Shown: positions 1 through 9,195, numbered from the stretch's first letter. The stretch is DNA of 64,000 bases from Dehalococcoidia bacterium (GCA_034435615.1 DAOTWZ010000019.1:28335-92334), one strand, 5' to 3'. Program-made: numbers and translations. Notes: generated from the letters alone by a model not told the origin.

Positions 1-468
1 CAGGAGCGCCGTCTGGCCCTGGAGGACGATATAGTCCTGCGGGAGCTGGAGGGCACCATGGACATGGTCCGCACCGACCGCGGCCTGCTGGTCCACGTGG
101 CGGCGGGCTGCCTGGCCCACGGTGTCTGTGCTCGCTGCCTGACCGAGATAGACTATCGGCTGCGGCTGGACTTCGAGGAGGAGTACCTGCCGGTGCTGGA
201 TATCTTCACCGGCCTGCCCAACCGCATACCCAGGGACACGGACCAGTTTCTCATCGACGCTGACTTTGTGCTCGACCTGCGGGAGGCCCTGCGCCAGTAT
301 ACGGTGATGGCGGAGCCCCTCAACCCCCTCTGCCGGCCGGACTGCCGGGGCCTCTGCCCGGACTGCGGCCAGAACCTCAACGAGGGGCCCTGCGCCTGCC
401 CGGAGCGGCTGGACAGCCGCTGGGAGCCCCTGCGGAGGCTGGCCGCCAGGCTACGCCAGGAGGAATAG
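1..468 (+). CDS. yceD: YceD/DUF177 family protein (23S rRNA accumulation protein), 5' partial; the reading frame is open from position 1
   Basis: Four-Cys motif CxRC...CPDC...C.C and position immediately upstream of rpmF, as in the conserved yceD-rpmF pair. No stop upstream of the ATG at 58 in frame. Confidence 0.7.
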   Translation, partial: QERRLALEDDIVLRELEGTMDMVRTDRGLLVHVAAGCLAHGVCARCLTEIDYRLRLDFEEEYLPVLDIFTGLPNRIPRDTDQFLIDADFVLDLREALRQYTVMAEPLNPLCRPDCRGLCPDCGQNLNEGPCACPERLDSRWEPLRRLAARLRQEE

Positions 469-471
469 CCC

Positions 472-660
472 ATGGGCGCCGTTCCCAAGAAGAAGCCATC
501 CCGCGCCAGGACGCGCAAGCGGCGCATGCACCTCCACGCCGATGTGGCGCCCCTGGTGCGCTGCCCCCGCTGTCGCAGCCCCCGCGTGCCGCACCACGCC
601 TGCCCCGTGTGCGGCACCTACCGGGGGCGTCAGGTGCTGGCCATAGAGGAAGCCAGCTAG
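472..660 (+). CDS. rpmF: 50S ribosomal protein L32
   Basis: 62 aa, MGAVPKKKPSRARTRKRR followed by CPRC...CPVC zinc-ribbon; classic L32. Confidence 0.9.
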   Translation: MGAVPKKKPSRARTRKRRMHLHADVAPLVRCPRCRSPRVPHHACPVCGTYRGRQVLAIEEAS

Positions 661-1613
661 CCCCCGCCGGCGGCCGGGGCGGAGCCGCCCAGGCGGGCCA
701 GTCGCTCCTGCTGGAGGGTCAGCCACCAGAAGAAGGCGGCCCAGCCCCGCCAGCCGGCCCATCGCTCCGCCAGGGCCCGCACCTCCGCCTCCGTGGCCAG
801 GCGGCCCAGGCCGTAGGCCCGGCCGATGACGGCGCACAGCCCCTTATCGGCCGCCGGGATGACGTCACGGAAGCCCAGGCCCCGCATCAGGACGTATTCC
901 GCTGTCCAGCGGCCCACCCCGCGGAAGGAGGTCAGGCGGCGCAGCGCCTCCTCCGCTGGCAGGAGGGCCAGGCCTGGCAGGTCCAGCTCCCCCAGGGCCA
1001 CTGCCCGCGCCAGCTCTAGCAGGTAGGCCGTCTTTTGGCGGCTGAACTGGCGGGCCCTGAGCGCCTCGGGGTCCAGCAGGGCCACCGCCGCCGCCTCCGG
1101 GAAGAGGGGATAGGGGTGGCCGTCCACCACCAGTCGCCGTCCGCACAGCTCCACCAGCGTCCGTTTCAGCTTGCGGGCGAAGAAGACGTTGATCTGCTGC
1201 CCCAGCACCGCCCAGGCCAGCGCCTCGAACGGGTCCGGGATGAGGACAGGCCGCACCCCGGGCAGCCGCTCCACCAGGGCGCCGAAGACAGGGTCCGCCC
1301 GGGCGACGGCCAGGAAGGGAGCGGGATCCACCTCCAGATGGAAGATGCGGGTCACCAGGGCGGCTGCTGCCTCCACCGTGGCCCCGTCCAGGGCCTCCCC
1401 CCTCAGCTCCAGGAGGAGGCGCGGCGCCGCCGTCGTCCCCAGGGAGCGGAGGGAGAGGAGGACGGGCCGGCCGTCCAGGAGGAGGGCCCGTCGGTAAGTG
1501 CCGTCGTCGCCCACCTCCTCCACCACGGTGGCAGGGGAGGCCCGCAGGTAGGCCAGGACCAGAGCGAAGTCATAAGGGGGCAGCGGTGTGAGGACGAGCT
1601 CCGCAGTCTCCAA
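657..1613 (-). CDS. alkA: DNA-3-methyladenine glycosylase II (AlkA-like, AlkA N-terminal domain plus HhH-GPD)
   Basis: HhH motif FRGVGRWTAEYVLMRGLG with downstream catalytic Asp, and an AlkA_N-like N-terminal domain. Probable TTG start at 1613; the ORF-track ATG at 1886 adds a low-complexity 91-aa extension. Confidence 0.7.
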   Translation of the reverse strand: METAELVLTPLPPYDFALVLAYLRASPATVVEEVGDDGTYRRALLLDGRPVLLSLRSLGTTAAPRLLLELRGEALDGATVEAAAALVTRIFHLEVDPAPFLAVARADPVFGALVERLPGVRPVLIPDPFEALAWAVLGQQINVFFARKLKRTLVELCGRRLVVDGHPYPLFPEAAAVALLDPEALRARQFSRQKTAYLLELARAVALGELDLPGLALLPAEEALRRLTSFRGVGRWTAEYVLMRGLGFRDVIPAADKGLCAVIGRAYGLGRLATEAEVRALAERWAGWRGWAAFFWWLTLQQERLARLGGSAPAAGGG

Positions 1614-1778
1614 TGGCGACCTCCACGATGGCCCGGGCCGGCGTGCCCGATGCCAATAGTAAAGCAGCCGCGGCCCCGCTCTGCACCTGCCGGACGGGAC
1701 GCTGGGCCGGGCCAGTCCGCCTTTCCCGTTGTCCGGGGCCGTGCTATACTGCCAGTGGCCCGACTGGAGGAGCGAGCT

Positions 1779-1991
1779 ATGAGGCCCACGTCCCGGCGCT
1801 GGCTGCTTCTGGCGCTGCCGCCGTTGCTCCTGGCGCTGCTGGCGGCAGCGGCGGCCAGCTACTTCGTCTGGTGGGACGCCACCCACTGCGTCTTCTGTCG
1901 CTCTCGCCTGGACGCCTTCGGGCGCTGTCCCAACCCCCAGTGCGGACTGGGACGGCTCACCTCGGAAAGCGAGCCCGCCCCGTTGCCATGA
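1779..1991 (+). CDS. small membrane-anchored zinc-ribbon protein (hypothetical, 70 aa)
   Basis: GGAGGAG RBS 7 nt upstream of the ATG, N-terminal hydrophobic helix, then HCVFC-x9-CPNPQC; stop overlaps the fabD start (ATGATG). Confidence 0.45.
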   Translation: MRPTSRRWLLLALPPLLLALLAAAAASYFVWWDATHCVFCRSRLDAFGRCPNPQCGLGRLTSESEPAPLP

Positions 1992-2959
1992 TGGAAGGCC
2001 CCGTCGAAGACTCCCTCGCTAGACTGTGGCGGTACCCGGTGGAGGAGGGCCTGGCGCTGCTCTTCCCGGGGCAGGGCTCCCAGCGGGTGGGCATGGCCCA
2101 GGACCTCTATCAAGAGTTCCCGGCGGTGCGCTCTCTCTTCCAGCAGGCCGACGGCGCCCTGGGCCTCCCCCTGTCCCGCCTGATATTCGAGGGGCCGGCC
2201 GAGGAGCTGACGGACACCGCCAATGCCCAGCCGGCCATCTTCCTCGCCTCCCTGGCCTGTCTCCTGGCCGCCCTGGAGACCGGGGCGGTGCAGCGGCGGC
2301 CCGCCTTCGTGGCCGGCCACAGCCTGGGCGAGTACACGGCCCTGGTGGCGGCCGGCGCCCTGGACTTCGTGGAAGGACTGCGGCTGGTGCGCCGTCGCGG
2401 GGAGCTGATGGCAGCGGCGGGACGCGAGCGCCCGGGCACCATGGCCGCCATCATGGGCCTGGAGCCGGAGCGCCTGGCCGAGCTCTGCCGCCGCAGTGGG
2501 GCGGAGGTCTGCAACTACAACTCCCCCCAGCAGACCGTCATCGGTGGCAGCCTGGAGGCAGTGGAGGAGGCGACGCGGCTGGCCAGAGAGGCGGGCGGCC
2601 GGGCCATGCCCCTCCAGGTCTCCGGCGCCTTCCACACCAGTCTGATGGCGCCGGCGGCGGCGGAGCTGGCCAGAGCCATAGAGGCGGCCGCCATCCGCGA
2701 CCCCATGATACCGGTGGTGGGCAACGTGGGGGCCCGTCCCCTGGCCACCGCCGGGGAGCTGCGGGAGGAGCTGACGGCCCAGCTCACCAGTCCCGTGCGC
2801 TGGCAGCAGACGCTGGAGGCCATGGCCGCCGCCGGGGTGGACACCTTCCTGGAGGTGGGGCCCGGACGGGTGCTGAGCGGGCTCGTCCGGCGCACCTTGC
2901 CGGAGGCCCGGGCCATCAGTCTGGACGGTGTGGAGAGTCTGCGGGCGTTGGTGCCATGA
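1988..2959 (+). CDS. fabD: malonyl CoA-acyl carrier protein transacylase
   Basis: FPGQGSQ, GHSLGEY active-site serine motif, QPAIF; 323 aa. Confidence 0.9.
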   Translation: MMEGPVEDSLARLWRYPVEEGLALLFPGQGSQRVGMAQDLYQEFPAVRSLFQQADGALGLPLSRLIFEGPAEELTDTANAQPAIFLASLACLLAALETGAVQRRPAFVAGHSLGEYTALVAAGALDFVEGLRLVRRRGELMAAAGRERPGTMAAIMGLEPERLAELCRRSGAEVCNYNSPQQTVIGGSLEAVEEATRLAREAGGRAMPLQVSGAFHTSLMAPAAAELARAIEAAAIRDPMIPVVGNVGARPLATAGELREELTAQLTSPVRWQQTLEAMAAAGVDTFLEVGPGRVLSGLVRRTLPEARAISLDGVESLRALVP

Positions 2960-3717
2960 ACGGTCTGCAGATGAACGGCCTCAGGGGCCGCGTGGCCCTG
3001 GTCACCGGCGGCTCCCGTGGGATAGGGCGGGCCATCGCCCTGCGCCTGGCCCAGGCGGGGGCCGACCTGGCCGTCAACTACCGCTCCAACCACGAGGCGG
3101 CCCGCTCCTGCGCCGCTGAGATCGAGGCCCTGGGGCGGCGCTGCCTGCTGGTCCAGAGCGATGTCAGCAACCCCGAGGACGTGGACGGCATGGTGAAGGA
3201 GGTCGTAGCCGCCTTCGGGCGGCTGGACATCCTGGTGAACAACGCCGGCTTCCACCGGGACACCCTCATCCTCCGCATGAGCCTCAAGGACTGGGACGAC
3301 GTGCTGGACACCAATCTCAAGGGCGCCTTCCTCTGTACCAAGGCGGCCCTCCGTTACATGATCCGTCAGCGCTGGGGGCGCATCATCAACATCGGCAGCG
3401 TGACGGGGCTGGCCGGCAACGCCGGCCAGGCCAACTACGCCGCTGCCAAGGCAGGACTCATCGGCTTCACCAAGGCGGTGGCCCGGGAGGTGGGCTCCCG
3501 GGGCATCACCGCCAACCTGGTGGCCCCCGGTCTGGTGGAAACGGAGCTCATCAAAGACCTGCCCCAGCAGCTGCGGCAGGAGGCGCTCAGGCGCATCGTC
3601 GTGGGAAGGCTGGGCCGCCCGGAGGACGTAGCGGGCGTCGTAGCCTTCCTCGCCTCCGATGAGGCATCATACATTACGGGACAGGTACTGGCGGTGGACG
3701 GGGGGCTCGGCCTCTAG
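2956..3717 (+). CDS. fabG: 3-oxoacyl-ACP reductase
   Basis: SDR fold TGGSRGIGRAIA, NNAG, catalytic YAAAKAG; ATGA overlap with the fabD stop. Confidence 0.9.
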   Translation: MNGLQMNGLRGRVALVTGGSRGIGRAIALRLAQAGADLAVNYRSNHEAARSCAAEIEALGRRCLLVQSDVSNPEDVDGMVKEVVAAFGRLDILVNNAGFHRDTLILRMSLKDWDDVLDTNLKGAFLCTKAALRYMIRQRWGRIINIGSVTGLAGNAGQANYAAAKAGLIGFTKAVAREVGSRGITANLVAPGLVETELIKDLPQQLRQEALRRIVVGRLGRPEDVAGVVAFLASDEASYITGQVLAVDGGLGL

Positions 3718-3718
3718 C

Positions 3719-4129
3719 ATGGCTGGCAAGAGACACAAGGCCCGCGCCCTGGCCCTCATGGCCCTCTACGAGAGGGACGTGGCGGGACACGACGCCCTGG
3801 TCGTCCTGGAGCGTCTCCTGGCGGAGGAGCACCTCCCCCAGGAGGCCGCCCAGTTCGCCCGGGAGCTGGTGCAGGGGGTAGTCCAGCACCAGGAGCGGCT
3901 GGATGCCGTCATCCGCAACAAGGCGCCGGCCTGGCCCCTGGAGCAGATACCGGCCGTAGACCGCAACATCCTGCGCCTTGCCCTCTACGAGATGCTAATC
4001 GATAATAGAGTGCCGATACGGGCTGCCATAAACGAGGCCGTGGAGCTGGCCAAGCAGTTCGGCAGCGAAAGTTCCCCTCGCTTCGTCAACGGGGTCCTGG
4101 GCTCGGTAAGCCTCATCGTGACCCCCTAA
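3719..4129 (+). CDS. nusB: transcription antitermination factor NusB
   Basis: 136 aa; NusB-like RxxARxxALQALY N-terminus and RNA-binding helices; starts 1 nt after the fabG stop. Confidence 0.8.
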   Translation: MAGKRHKARALALMALYERDVAGHDALVVLERLLAEEHLPQEAAQFARELVQGVVQHQERLDAVIRNKAPAWPLEQIPAVDRNILRLALYEMLIDNRVPIRAAINEAVELAKQFGSESSPRFVNGVLGSVSLIVTP

Positions 4130-4151
4130 AACGTCTTGAAGGAGGTGTCCC

Positions 4152-4418
4152 GTGGCCACCGTATTTGAACGAGTGCGGAAGGTCATCGCCCAGCAGTTGG
4201 GCGTGGACGAAGAGCAAATCACGCCCCAGACCTCCTTCGTCGAAGACCTGAACGCCGACTCCCTGGACCTGGTGGAGCTTATAATGGCCCTGGAGGAGGA
4301 GTTCAGCCAAGAGGGGAAGAGCTTCGAGATCTCCGATGAGGACGCCGAGAAGATCGTCACCGTCCAGGACGCCGTCAACTACATCATCGAGCACCGCATC
4401 GCCGAGGACGAGCCCTAG
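4152..4418 (+). CDS. acpP: acyl carrier protein
   Basis: [19 protein letters not shown] phosphopantetheine-attachment serine motif; GTG start with GGAGGTG RBS. Confidence 0.9.
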   Translation: MATVFERVRKVIAQQLGVDEEQITPQTSFVEDLNADSLDLVELIMALEEEFSQEGKSFEISDEDAEKIVTVQDAVNYIIEHRIAEDEP

Positions 4419-4478
4419 GCCCCTCTCCCAGCGGGGACGGACCTGGGGCCCTGGGCGGCCGACCGAGGTCGTGATAGG

Positions 4479-4838
4479 GTGGAGTTCCTGGGAATCGGCC
4501 TGCCTGAGCTGCTGATGGTCTTGCTGGTGGCGCTGCTGGTGCTGGGGCCGCAGCGCCTCCCCCAGGTAGCCGTCCAGCTAGCGCGGGCCGTGCGCGCCGT
4601 GCGCCGCTATGCGGCGGGATTGAACGCTGACCTCCGCCAGGAGTTCCGGGAGGCACTGGCGGAGCTGGAGGAGATGCGGGCAGAGGTCCAGGAGCTGAGG
4701 CGCACCCTGGACGAGCAGGCCTCCCAGACCCGCCGCTCCCTGGAAGAGACGGCCCGCGAGCTAGAGGGGACGCCCTACCGCCCTACCATCGTCGAGACGA
4801 CGGCCGAGCCCGCCCCCGAGGACCGGCCCCGCCACTAG
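4479..4838 (+). CDS. tatA: twin-arginine translocase TatA/TatB family protein
   Basis: N-terminal GIGLPELLMVLLVALLVLGPQRLP transmembrane-hinge motif followed by an amphipathic, charged C-terminus; GTG start. Confidence 0.75.
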   Translation: MEFLGIGLPELLMVLLVALLVLGPQRLPQVAVQLARAVRAVRRYAAGLNADLRQEFREALAELEEMRAEVQELRRTLDEQASQTRRSLEETARELEGTPYRPTIVETTAEPAPEDRPRH

Positions 4839-4913
4839 TCCCACCGCAGCGTCATGGCAAGCGAGCACCGCCCGCCCTCCCGGGAGCGCCCCCCTCCCGG
4901 GGAGGGTAAGTAC

Positions 4914-5660
4914 ATGACCATCCTGGAGCACCTGGAGGAGCTGCGACGCCGCCTCATCGTCAGCGTCCTCTGGGTGGCGGCGGGCGTGGCCGTCTCCGCC
5001 GTCTTCGGTGACCGCATCATCCGCTTCCTGCGGGAGCCAGCGGAGGCCTATCCGGGGCAGGTCAGCTTCCAGTTCATCGAGCCCTTCGAGTTCCTGGGTG
5101 TCTACTTCCGGGTGGCTGTCCTGGGGGGACTCGTATTCGGCATGCCCATGCTGGTCTACCAGCTCCTGGCCTTCGTCTCGCCGGGGCTGACGCGACAGGA
5201 GCGACGCTGGCTCAACGGGACGGTGGCCGGGGCATCGCTTCTCTTCCTGGGGGGCTGCGCCTTCGCCTACTACGTGGCGCTACCCCCGGCCCTGCGCTTC
5301 CTCCTGGGCCTGGGGGGCGAGATAGCCCAGCCCAATCTGCGCATCGGTAGCTACGTGGACTTCGTCACCCGCCTCATCTTCTGGACGGGCCTCACCTTCG
5401 AGACACCGCTGGTGGTGATGTACCTCTCTCGCTTCCGCCTGCTGACCTGGCGGCAGATGCTGGGCTTCTGGCGCTACGCAGTGGTGCTGGCCTTCGTCAT
5501 CGCCGCCGTGGTGACCCCCACCTGGGACCCGGTGACCCAGTCCCTGGTGGCGGGGCCGATAGTCGTCCTCTACTTCCTGGGGGTCTTCCTGGCCTGGCTG
5601 GTGGAGCCGCGCCGTCAGGAAGAGGCGGCCCGGGAACGGGGACGGCCCGGGCTGGCCTAG
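4914..5660 (+). CDS. tatC: twin-arginine translocase subunit TatC
   Basis: LEHLEELRRRL N-terminal signature and six predicted TM segments; the ATG at 4914 is preceded by GGGGAGGGTAAG. Confidence 0.85.
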   Translation: MTILEHLEELRRRLIVSVLWVAAGVAVSAVFGDRIIRFLREPAEAYPGQVSFQFIEPFEFLGVYFRVAVLGGLVFGMPMLVYQLLAFVSPGLTRQERRWLNGTVAGASLLFLGGCAFAYYVALPPALRFLLGLGGEIAQPNLRIGSYVDFVTRLIFWTGLTFETPLVVMYLSRFRLLTWRQMLGFWRYAVVLAFVIAAVVTPTWDPVTQSLVAGPIVVLYFLGVFLAWLVEPRRQEEAARERGRPGLA

Positions 5661-5674
5661 CCGGGCCTCAATCC

Positions 5675-6253
5675 CTACTTCCCCTTGATGGTCACCGGCA
5701 GTCCCGCCACCATCCAGACGACGCGCCCCGCGGCGGCGGCCACCCGCTGGTTCACCTCCCCTAGGAGGTCGCGGTAGAGGCGCCCCAGGGGCGTGGCCGG
5801 CACCACCCCCAGCCCCACCTCGTTGCTCACCACCAGCAGCGCCAGACGGCGGGACCGCGGCAGGCCACAGAGGGCCTCCACCTGCCCCAGCGCTGACTCC
5901 CGCACCGACGCCACCTCCCGGGGCGTCGGGCGGTCGGCTTCAGCCAGGCCGCGGTGGATCAGGTTCCCCAGCCAGACGGTTAGGCAGTCCACCACCGCCA
6001 GCGCCCCGGGCGGGGCCTCCCGCTCCAGGGCGACAGCCGGCTCCAGGGGCTCCTCGATGGTGTGCCAGGCCGCTGGCCGCTCCCGCTGATGGCGGCGCAC
6101 CCGCTCCGCCATCTCCTCATCGGTCACGGTGGCGGTGGCCAGGAAGACGACGGGCCCGCCGTAGGCGCGGGCCAGCTCCAGGGCGTAGGCCGACTTCCCG
6201 CTGCGCGCCCCGCCGATGACGAATACCAGTTCGCCCGGCGTTAGGTCAGCCAT
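5675..6253 (-). CDS. cobU: bifunctional adenosylcobinamide kinase / adenosylcobinamide-phosphate guanylyltransferase
   Basis: P-loop VFVIGGARSGKS and CobU/CobP family length (192 aa); last gene of the cobalamin operon. Confidence 0.85.
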   Translation of the reverse strand: MADLTPGELVFVIGGARSGKSAYALELARAYGGPVVFLATATVTDEEMAERVRRHQRERPAAWHTIEEPLEPAVALEREAPPGALAVVDCLTVWLGNLIHRGLAEADRPTPREVASVRESALGQVEALCGLPRSRRLALLVVSNEVGLGVVPATPLGRLYRDLLGEVNQRVAAAAGRVVWMVAGLPVTIKGK

Positions 6254-7053
6254 CCCCGTTGGGTGGATGAGGCACAGAGGAGGAGCGCTGTCGCCTCCGC
6301 CAGCTCGATGGCCGCCCCCAGGACGTCCCCGGTGGTGCCCCCCAGGCGGGCGGTGGCCAGCCGGCCCAGTCCCCAGGCCACAGCCAGGACGGCCAGGGCC
6401 AGCAGCGCGCCGAAGGGCCAGAAGATGGCCAGCGAAAGGGCCGCCGTCAGGCCGAGCCCCAGGAGGGCCTGTCGGGGCCGCAGGGCGCGGGCAACGGCGG
6501 CCCCCATCCCCTCCTCGCGAGCGGGTGGGAAGAGTGAGAGGGGCAGGAGGACGCCTCCCCGGGCCAGGGCCGGGGCCAGCAGGAGGGCGCCGTCCCGCAG
6601 CCAGCCCTCCAGAGGGATGAGGGCGGCCCATTTCAGCAGGAGGACGACGGCCACCGCCACGAAGCCGAAGGCGCCGTTGTGGGGGTCGGCCATGATGCGG
6701 AGGCGCTGGGAGCGCTCGGCGTGGGCCAGCAGGCCGTCGGCGGTGTCGGCCAGGCCGTCCAGGTGGAGCGCTCCCGTGAGGCCGGCCAGGGCCGCCACCA
6801 CCAGGGCGGAGCGGGCCCCCGGCGGCAGGACGGGGGAGAGGAGCCAGTCCAGCCCCAGAAGGAGGCCCCCCAGCAGCAGGCCCACCAGGGGAAAGAGGGC
6901 GTAGCCGGATGCCGGCAGCCCCAGGGGCCGCCGGGCCACCGGCAGGACGGTGAGGAGGCCCAGCGAGGCCAGGAGGGGCTCCAGGGGACTAGATGCGGTC
7001 GTCGACGCCGGCCTCTTCAAAGGTGGCCATCTCGTCCAGTATGGCCAGGGCAT
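6241..7053 (-). CDS. cobS: adenosylcobinamide-GDP ribazoletransferase (cobalamin 5'-phosphate synthase)
   Basis: Polytopic membrane protein with LTVLPV and DGLADTADGL CobS motifs. Start uncertain: no in-frame ATG, GTG or TTG lies between the cobT stop (6989) and the conserved N-terminus, so the ATG at 7053 would overlap cobT by 65 nt. Confidence 0.75.
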   Translation of the reverse strand: MPWPYWTRWPPLKRPASTTASSPLEPLLASLGLLTVLPVARRPLGLPASGYALFPLVGLLLGGLLLGLDWLLSPVLPPGARSALVVAALAGLTGALHLDGLADTADGLLAHAERSQRLRIMADPHNGAFGFVAVAVVLLLKWAALIPLEGWLRDGALLLAPALARGGVLLPLSLFPPAREEGMGAAVARALRPRQALLGLGLTAALSLAIFWPFGALLALAVLAVAWGLGRLATARLGGTTGDVLGAAIELAEATALLLCASSTQRGWLT

Positions 7054-8047
7054 CGTCCAGCAGGTGCATGGCCAGGACAGCGCCGGTGCCCTCGCCCAAC
7101 CGCATGTCCATGTCCAGGAGGGGTCTGAGGCCTAGCTCATCCAGGGCGGGACGGTGCCCCGGCTCCGCCGAGCAGTGGGAGGCCAGCATGTAGGCCCGCG
7201 CCTGGGGGCAGAGCCGGGCCGCCACCAGGGCGGCCGCCCCGGCGATGAAGCCGTCCAGGAGGACGGGCACCCGCCGGGCCGCCCCCTGCAGGACCACCCC
7301 CACCAGACCGGCGATCTCGTACCCTCCCACCTTGGCCAGCACGTCCAGGGGGTCGGCCGGGTCGGGACGGTTCACGGCCAGCGCCCGCTCGATGACTGCT
7401 ACCTTGTGCCGCAGGCCCTCCTCGTCCAGGCCGGTGCCGCGGCCGGTGACGCTGGCCACCGGCCGGCCCGTCAGGGCGGCGACGATGGCGCTGGCCGCCG
7501 TCGTGTTGCCTATCCCCATCTCCCCGGTGGCCAGCACCTGGGCCCCCCGTTCTATCTCCTCCGCCGCCACCTCCAGCCCCACCGCCACGGCCCGCTCCGC
7601 CTCCGCCCGGGACATGGCCGGCCCCTCGGCCATATTGGCGGTGCCCGGTCCCACCTTGCGCACCAGCAGACCCGGTGCCTCCGGGACGCTGGCCGCCACC
7701 CCGATGTCCACCACCAGCACCCGCGCTCCCGCCCGGCGGGCCAGCACGTTGATGGCGGCGCCCCCCCGCAGGAAGTTGGCCACCATCTGGGCCGTAACCG
7801 AGGACGGATAGGCTGACACCCCCTCCCTGGCGACGCCGTGATCCGCTGCCATCAGCACCACCGTCTTGTGGGGAAGGCGCTGACGGGGCCGGCCGGTGAC
7901 GCCGGCCAGCCACACTGCCAGCTCCTCCAGACGGCCCAGGCTGCCCGGCGGCTTGGTGAGGCGGTCCATCCGCCGCTGGGCCTCCTCCATAGCCTCCTTG
8001 TCCAGGGGGCCCACGGAGGCGATGACCTCTGCGATGACGCCTTTCAT
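6989..8047 (-). CDS. cobT: nicotinate-nucleotide--dimethylbenzimidazole phosphoribosyltransferase
   Basis: CobT signatures GEMGIGNTT and LDMDMRLGEGTGA; 352 aa. Confidence 0.9.
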   Translation of the reverse strand: MKGVIAEVIASVGPLDKEAMEEAQRRMDRLTKPPGSLGRLEELAVWLAGVTGRPRQRLPHKTVVLMAADHGVAREGVSAYPSSVTAQMVANFLRGGAAINVLARRAGARVLVVDIGVAASVPEAPGLLVRKVGPGTANMAEGPAMSRAEAERAVAVGLEVAAEEIERGAQVLATGEMGIGNTTAASAIVAALTGRPVASVTGRGTGLDEEGLRHKVAVIERALAVNRPDPADPLDVLAKVGGYEIAGLVGVVLQGAARRVPVLLDGFIAGAAALVAARLCPQARAYMLASHCSAEPGHRPALDELGLRPLLDMDMRLGEGTGAVLAMHLLDDALAILDEMATFEEAGVDDRI

Positions 8048-9135
8048 GCTCTGACCTCCCCGGAGGAATGGAGACCGGGCCGCGCCGCCAGCGCCCCGGC
8101 GAAGGCAGAGAGCACCCGCTCCACCTGCTCCGGCGCCGGCACCGCCAGCCGCACATGCCGGGGCAGGCCGAAGGAGGTGCAGTCCCGCACGCAGACGCCC
8201 CGCTCCAGGAGGGCGCGGCGTAGGGAGGGGGCGTCCCCCACCTCCACCAGCAGGTAGTTGGCGGCGCCGGCCAGCACTGTCAGCCCCTGTGCCCGCAGCC
8301 CCCGGGCCAGCGCCTCCCGGGCCTCTCGCACCGTTTGCCGAACCCTCTCCACGTGCTCAGGGCAGCCGCAGGCGGCTACGCCGGCGGCCACGGCGAAGGC
8401 GTTCACGCTCCAGGGCGGCTGGTGGGCCCGCAGGGCGGCCAGCAGGGGTGGCCGGCCGATGGCGTACCCCAACCGCACGCCGGCCAGGGCGAAGACCTTG
8501 GTCAGAGAGCGCAGCAGCAGGAGGCGGCCCGCACCGGCCAGGGACACGGCGTCCCAGGCCCCGTCCACGAAGTCGACGAAGGCCTCGTCCAGCACCAGCA
8601 GCCCGCCGGAGAGGGCGGCCAGGAGCCGCTCTACCTCCTCCCGCCCCAGGTAGACGCCGGTGGGGTTGGCCGGGCTGCAGACGAAGAGGACGTCCGGCCT
8701 GAGGGCCCTTAGCCGGCCGGCCAGCTCCTCCACGTCCCAGCGGAAGCCCTCCTCCGGCCGGGCGGGCAGGTGGAAGACCTGGGCTTCCCGCAGGCGGGCC
8801 GCCCGCTCGTACTCGCCGAAGGCGGGAGTGAGGACGGCCGCCCGCCCCTGGGGCGCCAGGAAGGCCTGACAGACCAGGTATATCAACTCCGTGGCGCCGT
8901 TGCCCGGGAGCACCCAGTCCGGCGGCACGCCGTGGCGCTGGGCCAGGGCCTCCCGCAGGCGCTGGTAGGTGCGCTCCGGGTAGGGGCGATAGTCACAGGC
9001 CCGGAGCGCCTCCACCACCCGGGGCGGCGGTGGCAGGGGCGCCAGGCTGGCGCTCAGGTCGAGAACGCTGGCCGGGTCGAGCCCCAAGGCCCGCGCCTCC
9101 AGTTCGTCCAGGCCGCCGTGATAGACCGCTTCCAT
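8044..9135 (-). CDS. cobD: threonine-phosphate decarboxylase (PLP-dependent, class I/II aminotransferase fold; CobD of Salmonella / CobC of Pseudomonas)
   Basis: Aminotransferase-fold protein with the PLP lysine region SLTKVFALAGVRLGY, placed between cbiB and cobT. ATG 9135 is preferred (AAGGA RBS) over ATG 9168. Confidence 0.75.
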   Translation of the reverse strand: MEAVYHGGLDELEARALGLDPASVLDLSASLAPLPPPPRVVEALRACDYRPYPERTYQRLREALAQRHGVPPDWVLPGNGATELIYLVCQAFLAPQGRAAVLTPAFGEYERAARLREAQVFHLPARPEEGFRWDVEELAGRLRALRPDVLFVCSPANPTGVYLGREEVERLLAALSGGLLVLDEAFVDFVDGAWDAVSLAGAGRLLLLRSLTKVFALAGVRLGYAIGRPPLLAALRAHQPPWSVNAFAVAAGVAACGCPEHVERVRQTVREAREALARGLRAQGLTVLAGAANYLLVEVGDAPSLRRALLERGVCVRDCTSFGLPRHVRLAVPAPEQVERVLSAFAGALAARPGLHSSGEVRA

Positions 9136-9195
9136 ATCCTTCGCCCAGACCCTATTATGATGGGCCATCGTCGGGCCGTCTGCCAGGGGCCGGCC

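Noticed and set aside
1035-1991. Very long alternative-frame ORFs (for example 1035..1991, 2026..3717 N-terminal part, 7137..8156, 8770..10245, 14136..15257, 24048..25847 N-terminal part, 32204..34735 N-terminal part), rich in Arg/Gly/Pro
   Set aside because: These are typical high-GC artefacts: low-complexity RGP-rich translations antisense to, or out of frame with, well-supported genes, with no RBS or domain signal. Only the C-terminal, correctly framed parts (fabG, CoA-transferase 2, lipA) are real.
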